Source: Candidatus Velthaea sp.
Lineage (GTDB): Bacteria; Vulcanimicrobiota; Vulcanimicrobiia; Vulcanimicrobiales; Vulcanimicrobiaceae
Length of the DNA: 43,631 bases
Assembly: GCA_050012475.1 (NCBI GenBank)
Contig: JBEKHC010000038.1
Span: forward strand, 1 to 43,631
Reading direction: 5' to 3'
Shown: positions 19,451-27,995 of the stretch, piece after piece
How positions within the stretch are numbered: position 1 is the stretch's first letter
How the letters are laid out: each line of letters begins with the position of its first letter
The notes under the pieces: model-generated
Database searches by the model: none
What the model was told of the DNA's origin: nothing
The model's input: the letters and a program-made list of their open reading frames with translations, nothing else
Translations under genes and position numbers: made by a program

Positions 19451-20146
19451 TTATTGTCTTCCGCCGGGGCGATAGCCGTGCGCCTTGCGATCGTGCGCGT
19501 GATTGGCGAGACGTTTGCCGACGCGCAGGTGCATGGGCGCCGTCAGCAGCGCTCCGAGAACCGTATAACTGTTCTCATGGAGTCGCACCGGATCGAGTTC
19601 GAGCGCGTTGATGGGGAATTCGTCGAGCAGCCCGCAGACACGCAGAACGAGGTGTTCCAGCATGCGCCGGCTCTTTTCGCTGCGGACGCGGTGGTCGTGC
19701 GCGAGCATGTGCTCGACGAGCATGCGCGCACCGGTTTCGTCGATCGGCAACAGCTGTTCGGTGCCGTGCTCGCCGCTGCGCAGTTCGAGATACGCCTTGC
19801 CCAGATCGTCGACCCGGTAGGCGAGGGCGATGTCCGTTCCCGGCGCGATGTATTCCCAAGCCAAGATCCGCTGCTCGCGGGATTCGTCCGCGGCGGCAAG
19901 CCGTTCGTATGCTGCTGTGATCGCTGGGCCGGACTGCAGCGCTTGGACCGGCGCCGCACGATGGCCGGGAATCGCGCCCTCACGCGGCACGTTGCTCAAA
20001 ACGATCGGCACGACGCGCGGATCGCGCGCTTCGCGCCGGGTGGCAAAGGCAACGGCATCTTGTGCCGAGTCGACATATTTTGCTCGAACCACACGTATGC
20101 CGGCGTGCTCGAGGAGGCCGAGTGCTTCGATGTAATCGATCGTCAT
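19451..20146 (-). CDS. Stand-alone, degenerate acetate--CoA ligase (ADP-forming) ATP-grasp domain protein
   Basis: EAxxLLxxAGIxV...SAQDAVAFA, LLPIDETGARMLV, LVLRVCGLLDEFPINALELDPV. Confidence 0.65.
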   Translation of the reverse strand: MTIDYIEALGLLEHAGIRVVRAKYVDSAQDAVAFATRREARDPRVVPIVLSNVPREGAIPGHRAAPVQALQSGPAITAAYERLAAADESREQRILAWEYIAPGTDIALAYRVDDLGKAYLELRSGEHGTEQLLPIDETGARMLVEHMLAHDHRVRSEKSRRMLEHLVLRVCGLLDEFPINALELDPVRLHENSYTVLGALLTAPMHLRVGKRLANHAHDRKAHGYRPGGRQ

Positions 20147-20561
20147 GATGACATTAACTTCTCTTAATGTGAACCAAAGGATGCTCTGATTCAGCCGTGG
20201 ACTTCGGCGCCATGCGACTCACTTGCTGAAGTAAACTTCGCCGCTAGGCCCCTCGTCGGGACGAAAACAAAGCATCCCCAAGGATGCTGGCGTGTTCGCC
20301 AAATCTGATATCGCGAACGGGGTAAACGATTGCAAATTAAGGCCGCAACGCGTTGCTGATACGCCGTTGGCTAACATGTTTGGAATCGTATTGTCGAGTA
20401 CCGTGACATTCGCGTCAATTTTCTCGCTTGGCGCCCTTAGCAACGATGTTTGCAGCCGGTATTCAAGCATCGAGCGCGCACTCACGAAGAAAATTAGTGC
20501 GTTCGGAAAGGCGTTGACCACGAAATTGCGGCATGTTATTTTGTGTAGTTTGTGTAAGGTC

Positions 20562-20593
20562 TTCCTCGAATCTTCACTTTCCAACGGTAGTGG
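20562..20593 (+). promoter_or_regulatory. TTCM-N7-TTCA direct-repeat box plus weak -10 upstream of the GNAT gene
   Basis: ttcc-tcgaatc-ttca, 11 nt, tagtgg, 7 nt, ATG. Confidence 0.45.
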
Positions 20594-20600
20594 TTGCATT

Positions 20601-21077
20601 ATGGTCACAGCAACTTCGTCTACGTCACCGCGCGTGTGTATCGGCGTTGCTCGAGCAAGTGACGCCGACGGGATCGCGCTGTTTCTCCGTCGCCTCTCGG
20701 TCGCTTCCCGGCGCCCGGTCGTTCTGGGCGCGCAAAAGGGCTTTTCGGTCATCGCTCGCGACCGTGACGCGGGGGTGGTCGTCGGTCAGGCCGTCGTGGG
20801 CCCGGCGAACGATGGGATCGCCGACATCGCGGTGGCGGTGGCCGACGCCTACGAAAACCATCACATCGGCTCGCATTTGATCGAACGTGCCATGGCGGAG
20901 GCGCGCCGGCACGAGATCGAAACGCTGCGCACCAACGCGCTTGCCCACCACAATCGGATGATCGATGTTTTCACCTGGCTTGGATTCGAGCCGGTCGGAA
21001 CCGATCTCCGGCACTTGTACGCCTCGCTGAACGGGTTGCCGCTCCGCATCTCGCAAGCCGAACTCGCCCGGCGCTAA
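20601..21077 (+). CDS. GNAT acetyltransferase resembling the GNAT domain of Pat protein acetyltransferases
   Basis: ADIAVAVADAYENHHIGSHLI (degenerate motif A), NRMIDVFTWLGF (motif B). Confidence 0.75.
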   Translation: MVTATSSTSPRVCIGVARASDADGIALFLRRLSVASRRPVVLGAQKGFSVIARDRDAGVVVGQAVVGPANDGIADIAVAVADAYENHHIGSHLIERAMAEARRHEIETLRTNALAHHNRMIDVFTWLGFEPVGTDLRHLYASLNGLPLRISQAELARR

Positions 21078-21146
21078 CTCCGCTCCATTGCTGCCGGGCG
21101 GCGTCCGGCAAACGGCGAATCGCCGGGACGCCGAACCGCTCCGAGC

Positions 21147-21190
21147 GGTTCGGCCCGAGACGCCACGGGGTTCGGCCCGAGACGCCACGG
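21147..21190. repeat. Perfect 22-bp tandem duplication GGTTCGGCCCGAGACGCCACGG
   Basis: Copies at 21147-21168 and 21169-21190, between convergent genes. Confidence 0.9.
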
Positions 21191-21214
21191 GATCGATCGG
21201 CCGAAGCCGCCAGG

Positions 21215-22141
21215 CTAGTGCGTGGACCGTTTCGCCGGGACGACGAGCACCGGGAGAGCGCTGCTGCGGATCACTGCTTCGGCGACGCTGCCCAGGAAGA
21301 TCCGACGAACGCCCCGCCGGCCGTGCGTTCCGATGACGATCAAATCGCAGTTCCGCTGCAGGGCGGTATGCTCGATTGCTTCGGCGGGTTCGCCTTCGGC
21401 GACGACGAGATCGTCGACGGTGAGGCCGACGTTGGGCACCGTGGCAGCGGCTTGGAGCAGCTTGCGGGCATCGGCGCGCATCCCCGCTTGGAAGGGGCTT
21501 GCGTCGTAACCGTAAGCGGCCGCTTTGGCCAAGACGTCGCGTGAGTCGATGACGTTGCAGAGCGTCAAGTGGGTCGCGTAGTCCGCCGAGAGGCGGGCGG
21601 CGATCGACATGGCCGTGCGCGACGGATCGGAGGCGTCGAGCGCGACGAGCGCGCGATCGAAGGGATGGTCGTTGCGCGGGGTCTTGGCGTGACCGGTGAC
21701 CACGAGGACCGGGATCTCCGTTTCGCGCAAAATCGCCTCGGCGACGCTCCCCAGCAGCGCGCGCGGGATTCCGCGCCGGCCGTGCGTTCCAAGCACGATG
21801 AGGTCGAAACTGCTCGACCGCGCGAGCGCGACGATTCCCGCCTCAGCAGAGTCGCGGATGATGAGCTGCTCGGCAAAGATACCGTGCAGGGCGCACGTCG
21901 CGACCGCGGTCTTCAAAACGGCAGCGCCTTGGTCGTCGACGGCCGTGATGAGCGGGGTCGGGTCGATCGTCGCGAACGCCGTGGACGTCATGGCCGTAGC
22001 CACGACTCGGCTTTCATCGAGCGCGTGAGCGATACGAAGCGTCGCGCCGGCCCGCACGAGCGAGCAAGCATACTCCAGCGCGACTTGCGATGCGACCGAA
22101 TCGTCGTACGCGAGCAAAATGCGAGGAAATGCGAGTGCCAT
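21215..22141 (-). CDS. Tandem-domain universal stress protein
   Basis: Two USP domains: RILLAYDDS...LGTHGRRG...LGSVAE and RALVALDAS...IGTHGRRG...LGSVAE. Confidence 0.93.
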   Translation of the reverse strand: MALAFPRILLAYDDSVASQVALEYACSLVRAGATLRIAHALDESRVVATAMTSTAFATIDPTPLITAVDDQGAAVLKTAVATCALHGIFAEQLIIRDSAEAGIVALARSSSFDLIVLGTHGRRGIPRALLGSVAEAILRETEIPVLVVTGHAKTPRNDHPFDRALVALDASDPSRTAMSIAARLSADYATHLTLCNVIDSRDVLAKAAAYGYDASPFQAGMRADARKLLQAAATVPNVGLTVDDLVVAEGEPAEAIEHTALQRNCDLIVIGTHGRRGVRRIFLGSVAEAVIRSSALPVLVVPAKRSTH

Positions 22142-22146
22142 ACCTT

Positions 22147-22178
22147 ATTTTGCGCACGCAGAATGAAGACACGATGAA
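22147..22178 (-). promoter_or_regulatory. TTCA-N7-TTCA direct-repeat box plus -10 (CAAAAT); probably leaderless
   Basis: Minus strand ttca-tcgtgtc-ttca, 11 nt, caaaat, aaggt, ATG. Confidence 0.55.
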
Positions 22179-22412
22179 GAGCCGTCCAGGGTCGCGGCAA
22201 TCGGCGCTGCGGCGTGGCTTCGACATTGTTAACATGTCACGCGTTGCGACGCTGAATCGATCAGAAAGCAGCGGTTCGCATGACTTCTGTCGCATAGCGT
22301 TTGCGTCTATCCACCGCGCGAAAGCTTCGCGCACTGTTTGCAAGCCAGAGCGGTTGGGAAGCGAATGTTCCCGGCGAAGTTTCGCCGCGCCGGTGAGGAG
22401 GAATTAGCGCGA

Positions 22413-22811
22413 ATGCAGCTGGCACCGTACCTGTTCTTCGATGGGACTTGTGAAGAAGCGCTCGAGTTTTATGCCGAAGTGCTGGGCGGAAAGATTTCAG
22501 AGATCAATCGCTTTGCCGACTCGCCGATGGGCGAGAACATGCCGCCGGAGCATCGCGACCGGATCATGCACGCGACGTTCGTTGCGCCGGGGATGACGCT
22601 GATGGCGTCGGACGGTTCCGACGGACAGGGCGAGATGCGCCGCGCGTCGCTCTCGATTGCGACCGCCGACCGGGTCCAGGGCGCTCGCGTCTTCTCCGCA
22701 CTCGCCGCGGGCGGCACGGTAACGATGCCGTACGCCAAGCAGTTGTGGGGCGCGTCGTTCGGCATGCTCGTCGACAAGTACGGTATTCGCTGGATGGTCA
22801 ATGCCGGGTAG
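22413..22811 (+). CDS. VOC/PhnB-family glyoxalase-like protein
   Basis: PYLFFDGTCEEALEFY, IMHA, LMASD, WGASFGMLVDKYGIRWMVN; RBS GAGGAGG. Confidence 0.9.
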   Translation: MQLAPYLFFDGTCEEALEFYAEVLGGKISEINRFADSPMGENMPPEHRDRIMHATFVAPGMTLMASDGSDGQGEMRRASLSIATADRVQGARVFSALAAGGTVTMPYAKQLWGASFGMLVDKYGIRWMVNAG

Positions 22812-23124
22812 CGCGTTCTCGAGCACGATTGCCGGGAAGCTGGCGGTTGCGTTGACGGCGGCCGTCATCGCGGCATCGACCATCGCCCACATTCATGGCC
22901 GGATCGTTTCCATCGACGCGCGCCGGGGCACGTTCATGATCCATCACGAACCCTTTCCCCTCATGCCGATGGCCATGACGATGGAAGTCGAGCCCCGCCG
23001 GCATGCCGATCTGCGCAAGCTGCGCGTCGGCGAAACGATCGACGCCACCGTCGACACGGCGGTCGACCCGTGGCCGGCCACGGACATTCGGCCCGCTGCG
23101 CCGGCCAAAGCGCATCGTCCGTAG
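22801..23124 (+). CDS. CusF-like periplasmic copper-binding protein
   Basis: Signal-like N-terminus; GRIVSID...IHHEPF...MAMTMEV...LRVGE. Confidence 0.75.
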   Translation: MPGSAFSSTIAGKLAVALTAAVIAASTIAHIHGRIVSIDARRGTFMIHHEPFPLMPMAMTMEVEPRRHADLRKLRVGETIDATVDTAVDPWPATDIRPAAPAKAHRP

Positions 23125-23167
23125 CACGACCCGGCAACCGGGCCGCGCGGCACCGTGTTGTCGACAG

Positions 23168-24178
23168 GTGCGCTTCGATTTCAAGCTCGTGCTGGCGATC
23201 GGCATGGTTTGGTTCCTCTGGGGATCGACGTTTGCGGGCATGCACTATGCCGTCGCGACGATTCCGCCGTTTGTCATGGCTGCGACGCGCTTTCTGGTCG
23301 CGGGCACGATTCTGTACGCGGTCTGCGTCGTTCGCGGCCGGGCCACGGTCACGCGCACCGGCCTCAAGCATGCTTTCATCAGCGGCGCGGCCCTGTTGCT
23401 GTTTGGGAACGGCATATCCGCGTACACCGTGCAGTTCTTGCCCACCGGGATCAACGCGCTGCTGCTCAGCTCCACGCCGATCTGGATGGCGCTCATCGGC
23501 TTCATCTGGGGCGGCGAGCGGCCGCGCGGCGTAGCCGTGGCTGGGATGATCTTGGGGCTGGCTGGTCTCGTGCTGCTGCTGGCGCCGAACGGCCGCGGCG
23601 CACCACCCTCCTGGCCTGCGCTCCTGGCGGTGTGCGGGAGCATCGCTTGGGCATTCGGCTCGATCTACGCCCGCCGCGTCGGCAAACCCCCGGACGTCCT
23701 GCTCGCGACGGCGCTGCAGATGCTTGCCGGGGGCCTGCTGCTGGCGCTCGAGGCGCTGGTCTTCGGCGAATGGCGTACGTTCGACGTGCATGCCGTCAGC
23801 GCCGCATCGCTGGGCGGTCTTGCCTGGCTGGTCGTGTTCGGCAGCGTCATCGCCTACAGCGCCTATCAGTATACGATGCATGCTGCGCCGACCGCGCTGG
23901 CCTCGACATACGCCTACGTGAATCCGATCGTCTCGGTGGCCCTGGGCTACGTCCTGTTCGGGGAACGGCTGACGACCGTCCAAGGCGCGGCAAGCGCGGT
24001 GGTGCTGTTGGGCGTCGCTTTGATGATCTGGCCCAGCCGCCCCGCACTGCCCGGAACTTTGCCGCGCGGCGTTGCTCCGGTCGAAGTCGTCGAATGCAAT
24101 CCGGCTTCCTGGACCATCGTCGCGTGCAGTTCGAGCCAGCGCTCGGGCGACACGGAAACGTCGCCGCGAAACGGATAG
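23168..24178 (+). CDS. EamA/DMT family transporter (YedA-like)
   Basis: LWGSTF, IPPFVMAATRF, FGSVIAYSAY, STYAYVNPIVSVALG; GTG start inferred. Confidence 0.88.
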   Translation: MRFDFKLVLAIGMVWFLWGSTFAGMHYAVATIPPFVMAATRFLVAGTILYAVCVVRGRATVTRTGLKHAFISGAALLLFGNGISAYTVQFLPTGINALLLSSTPIWMALIGFIWGGERPRGVAVAGMILGLAGLVLLLAPNGRGAPPSWPALLAVCGSIAWAFGSIYARRVGKPPDVLLATALQMLAGGLLLALEALVFGEWRTFDVHAVSAASLGGLAWLVVFGSVIAYSAYQYTMHAAPTALASTYAYVNPIVSVALGYVLFGERLTTVQGAASAVVLLGVALMIWPSRPALPGTLPRGVAPVEVVECNPASWTIVACSSSQRSGDTETSPRNG

Positions 24179-24891
24179 TCGAGCAGGACGATGAGCGCCA
24201 GCAGAATGCCGATGATGGTCGCCGTAGCCGCGGTCATGAGAAGCTGAACGCGAAAGTTCTCCAAGCCGAACAAATAGAGAAAACCCAGCACGGTGCAGGC
24301 CCCGACGATCAGTGCCAGCTTGATGACCGGGAGAACCGTGCTGCGATTATCGTTGATGCGATGGCGTCGCAGATCGGCCATGACTTGAACCCGGTCGAGC
24401 AGATGGCTTTGCAAATTCGAGGCTCGCGCATCCGGAAGCGGAATCGCTGCGATGTCGGCGATGAGGTGGATGATGAGTGCTTGGACTTGCGCACTGCTCT
24501 CGCCGCGGCGCATCTTCGGCCATTCGTCGCCGGCGACGGCAACCGCATACCGCTCGATGTCGCCGCGAATCCGGTCAGCTTGCGGTGCGGGCAACAAGCG
24601 GGCGAAGCGCCAAATGTCGGTCGCCGCGTCAACTTCGGATTGCGCGCGCTCGTCCGATTCCGCGTAGTGCTCCCAGACGACGACGGTAAGAAAGCCCAGC
24701 AGGACGGCGTACAACACGCCGACGACGGCGACGATGAATCCGGCCACCTCGTTGTGCTCGATGAAGTCGACGGAACGGAACGTTCGGTGCACGATGACAT
24801 GGCCGCCGCAGGCCAAGCCGACGCACAGCAGCGTGATGAGTGCCAGGCCCAGCCAGCCCGGCACGGCGTACACCGCGGTCAGATCGTCCAA
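23947..24891 (-). CDS. DUF4239/bestrophin-like membrane protein
   Basis: HNEVAGF...VGVLYAVLLGF, DEWPKM, LDYPFRGDVSVSP; TTG start inferred. Confidence 0.75.
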   Translation of the reverse strand: MDDLTAVYAVPGWLGLALITLLCVGLACGGHVIVHRTFRSVDFIEHNEVAGFIVAVVGVLYAVLLGFLTVVVWEHYAESDERAQSEVDAATDIWRFARLLPAPQADRIRGDIERYAVAVAGDEWPKMRRGESSAQVQALIIHLIADIAAIPLPDARASNLQSHLLDRVQVMADLRRHRINDNRSTVLPVIKLALIVGACTVLGFLYLFGLENFRVQLLMTAATATIIGILLALIVLLDYPFRGDVSVSPERWLELHATMVQEAGLHSTTSTGATPRGKVPGSAGRLGQIIKATPNSTTALAAPWTVVSRSPNRT

Positions 24892-25412
24892 TCGGTTTCT
24901 ACGCCGTACGAGCGGCGTAACTCGCTGACGATGTCGCGACTTCCTCGGTACGTCTTGGGCACGAAGATCCGGCGCGGATACGCGCACTGCGCCCGATAGC
25001 CGCGTTCGTGAATGACGACGCGTCCCCACAACGACACTTCGCCGAAGACGTGCCGGATCGGTTTGCGTCCCTCGTTCATGTATTCGATCGCTTCAGCCGG
25101 CCCCTTGAACGCGTGGATGCCGTGGCGCAAAATGTTTGCACCGCAGCAGGCTTTCATGACGACGCCCGGTTGCCAGACGTTGTTCATGAACGTGCTCGTC
25201 AAGATCAACGGGACCGACGGCTCCGAGCGGCCCGGTGCTGGCGTGGACAGGCCCCACACGCGCCAGCCGACGACAACGTCGGTCGCTCGCTTTACGCCGG
25301 GACGGCTTCCGTCGGGGCGGGTTCCGGAAGCGGCGGAAGCGGACTCGGAATCGGGATCTCTTTGGGAATCACGATGACTTCCTCGAACGGTTTCCCAATG
25401 TCCATCGCTCAT
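24879..25412 (-). CDS. Conserved hypothetical protein (GWRxW...GIHAF...GEVSLWGRVVIHERGYRA)
   Basis: RBS AGGAG; motif-rich core; overlaps the downstream gene start by 13 nt. Confidence 0.7.
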   Translation of the reverse strand: MSDGHWETVRGSHRDSQRDPDSESASAASGTRPDGSRPGVKRATDVVVGWRVWGLSTPAPGRSEPSVPLILTSTFMNNVWQPGVVMKACCGANILRHGIHAFKGPAEAIEYMNEGRKPIRHVFGEVSLWGRVVIHERGYRAQCAYPRRIFVPKTYRGSRDIVSELRRSYGVETDWTI

Positions 25413-25772
25413 GCTCTCCTCAACTTTAAGTCGCGACGCGAAAGGCGTCGGTTAGCCAATTCTGCCACGATTCCGCCGGACGAAGTGCCAGCGATCTAGC
25501 GTTCAGGCGATCGCTCAATCGGATCATAGGCGCCATTCGAAGCTGCGTCCTCGGTTTCGCCCGGTACACCGGCGCCCGCACCCTCCGGCTTGCGTGTGCC
25601 TCGGCTTGGCTCGGCATCCCGCGAAGTCCAAACGCGCGGGATTGGGCGTCGTGCCAATCTTTTCGGACTTGTCGGGCGAAGCCGAGACGAACCCATCTGC
25701 TGGCCGAGCCGCCGGGAGAACGGACGCCCACTTTGCGAAGGGCCGCGCGGAGGCCGCCACGTAGCGAAGCGC

Positions 25773-26390
25773 ATGGATGTGACCGCTGCCGCCCGTTCTT
25801 ACGCTGTGCGCCGGCTCGCCGTTGGCGTGCTTTTTGCCGCCGTCGCCGTCGCGGCTCTTCGCGAACCGGCGCGGGCGAATTGCATCGCGCATCAGCCGGC
25901 GAACGCGCAGTTCACACCGCCGCCTGGTCTGCAGATGAGTTGGGATTGCGTCACCGGCGGTCCGCTCTTCGAGCACGAACGGGCTTGGTTCATCGTCACC
26001 TTCAAAGCCACCAACACGGACCAGCGCCGCGTGCAAGCAATGAAACTTCAGGCGAATTTCGTCGATGCTTTCGGCGACGTGCTGCGCACGATTCCGATCG
26101 TCGAGAATGCGCGGCTCGGTACGGGTGATTCCGATGCCGCGGTGTGGGCTTTCCGGCCCACCATCGACAAAAATAGTCTCGATCACGTCGCCTTCTTCGT
26201 TATCGCCGTCAAGTATGAGGACGGTTCGCTTTGGCGCTCGTCGCCCCCCGAGCCGCGGATCGGACCGACGCCCGCGCCGAGCGCGGGCTTGCGCCGGTTT
26301 GCGATGACCGGAATGAACTACGATATGGGCAGCGTCATCGTGCCGCCGCCCAGTCCGACGCCGTTCCCAACGTCGACGCCTTCACCCTGA
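25773..26390 (+). CDS. Secreted hypothetical protein with Pro-rich tail
   Basis: Signal peptide ending ARA; beta-rich core with DAFGD motif; PSPTP tail; start uncertain. Confidence 0.65.
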   Translation: MDVTAAARSYAVRRLAVGVLFAAVAVAALREPARANCIAHQPANAQFTPPPGLQMSWDCVTGGPLFEHERAWFIVTFKATNTDQRRVQAMKLQANFVDAFGDVLRTIPIVENARLGTGDSDAAVWAFRPTIDKNSLDHVAFFVIAVKYEDGSLWRSSPPEPRIGPTPAPSAGLRRFAMTGMNYDMGSVIVPPPSPTPFPTSTPSP

Positions 26391-26648
26391 GCGCGCGGCG
26401 CGGCGGGCTTTCACCTTCGCCGCCCATTCGGCACGGTCGCGCGGCGTTGCCGTCGTTACGAGCGAGCCGATCAATTCGCGCGCGCTGCCGGCAATCTCGT
26501 CGATTGCGCGGTCGAATGCGGCTTGGTTCGCCTGCGACGGCTTCGCAAAGCCGGACAGCTTGCGCACGAATTGCACGGACGCAAAGTGAATCTCCGCGTC
26601 CGTGGCCGGCGGATCGAAATTAAACAGCGGCCGGATGTTTCTGCACAT
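26382..26648 (-). CDS. DUF2277 family protein
   Basis: MCRNIRPLFNFDPPATDAEI...QFVRKLSGFAKPSQAN. Confidence 0.88.
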   Translation of the reverse strand: MCRNIRPLFNFDPPATDAEIHFASVQFVRKLSGFAKPSQANQAAFDRAIDEIAGSARELIGSLVTTATPRDRAEWAAKVKARRAARSG

Positions 26649-26713
26649 CCGGCCGGTTTCGGCGGCGCCCGCGAATTTTCCAGCGCCGGATCGATCGGCG
26701 GCGGAGCGCGTCG

Positions 26714-27532
26714 TCAGAGGCGAACGGTGATGCCGGTTCCGAAGGCGTGCTGCGCAAAACCGGGCGACGGCAGCAAATTGACTTCGTACTCCGCGTCCAG
26801 AACGACGTTCTGCGAGAGCACTTGTTGGACGGCAAAGAGCGCGCGATTGCCCGTCGGCGCTTGGGGACCCGTCGGCGCGGTAATTTGGTCTTCGAGCAAG
26901 AGCGTGGTCGGAACGGCAACGGCGTAGGAGAGATTGAGCGTCGGCTGATACGCGACGTATCGCTGCATTGCGCCCAGCGCGTTGGTCCCGCTCGCAACGA
27001 CCACGCCTTGCGAAGTCGACAATCCCAGCGGTCCACCCAGATTGAGCGCCGCCGTATACGACAACGCATAGGTAGGCGCATTCAGAGAAAAACCCGCCGG
27101 ACCCAGCGGATACCCGGTGGGCAGCGTCGCGAAAAGCGCGAAGGCTTGCTGAAGGTTGGGGCGGTCGGCGATGAGATATTGCGCACCGAAGCCTGCGTCT
27201 TGCTGTCCGGCAACGGCTGGCAGGCCGGAGCCGCTTACGCCGATGCGCCGCGAGTACGTCAGACCCGGCGCGAGGATGAGTTCGGCGCGCGGGGCAACGC
27301 CGGCTAACAGGACCGGTTCGGGATACACTTCGAGCAGTTGGCGTCCGGAGCCGACCGTTGCTTGTTCGCGGTAACCGATGCCGGCGACCACGACGCCCGG
27401 CGGAGCAACGCAGACCGCGCCGCTCGTTGCGGGCGTGCGGCCGATGCCGGGCCGCACGGCAATCGTTGCAAGCGCCGGTTGTGCGCATGGCCCGTTTGCC
27501 GCCGGAGTCGAGGACGGTGCGGGAGTCGGCAT
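26714..27532 (-). CDS. Putative outer-membrane beta-barrel (MetA-pathway/transporter-like); true start uncertain
   Basis: RPG...CVAPPG N-terminal motif, amphipathic beta-strands, C-terminal GTGITVRL. Confidence 0.6.
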   Translation of the reverse strand: MPTPAPSSTPAANGPCAQPALATIAVRPGIGRTPATSGAVCVAPPGVVVAGIGYREQATVGSGRQLLEVYPEPVLLAGVAPRAELILAPGLTYSRRIGVSGSGLPAVAGQQDAGFGAQYLIADRPNLQQAFALFATLPTGYPLGPAGFSLNAPTYALSYTAALNLGGPLGLSTSQGVVVASGTNALGAMQRYVAYQPTLNLSYAVAVPTTLLLEDQITAPTGPQAPTGNRALFAVQQVLSQNVVLDAEYEVNLLPSPGFAQHAFGTGITVRL

Positions 27533-27614
27533 CGTTCGGGCACTGGCCTGGCTCGAAATCGCGGCGGCAATGGCCGCCGCGATCGCGGGACGGCGTCGCG
27601 CCCGGGGGGCGACG

Positions 27615-27965
27615 TCAGCGGCCCTCTTCGGCGTCCTGTTTGTCGAGATGGGTTTTCATGTCGTCGAGCACGTACGAATTGGCCGTTTCGAGATGCGCCG
27701 CGTCGACGTGTTGATCGAAATAGCGGACCAGATCGGCGTCACTTGCGCCGTCGCGGATCAACGTTTGAAATTCAGCGACCGAAACGCCGGCGCGGTCGAG
27801 AAACCCAGTCGACAGTCCGCAGTACGCGATGTACTCGCCGGCGGTTCCGGCCTCGTCGGCGCGGGCTTTGTCGGCGAGCCGGGCCAGCCAAGTATAGTTG
27901 CCCAGGCGCTCGCGGCCGCTGCGCGGCACGGCCGTGTTCAAGTCGGGTGCAATCGTCGTCGTCAT
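27615..27965 (-). CDS. DUF5069 family protein
   Basis: PRSGRERLG...LARLADKARA...GTAGEY...C. Confidence 0.75.
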   Translation of the reverse strand: MTTTIAPDLNTAVPRSGRERLGNYTWLARLADKARADEAGTAGEYIAYCGLSTGFLDRAGVSVAEFQTLIRDGASDADLVRYFDQHVDAAHLETANSYVLDDMKTHLDKQDAEEGR

Positions 27966-27995
27966 GCGGGCGTTCCTACCCACTCCGGCGCGTGC

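Noticed and set aside
20147..20185. Fifth copy of the TTCM-N7-TTCA box upstream of the ATP-grasp gene
   Set aside because: Only the downstream half-site (GTTCAC, 23 nt before the ATG) is present; the upstream half does not match
20292..20600. N-terminal extension of the GNAT ORF, and the opposite-strand ORF 20219-20752
   Set aside because: Atypical composition and codon usage; the region carries promoter-like elements
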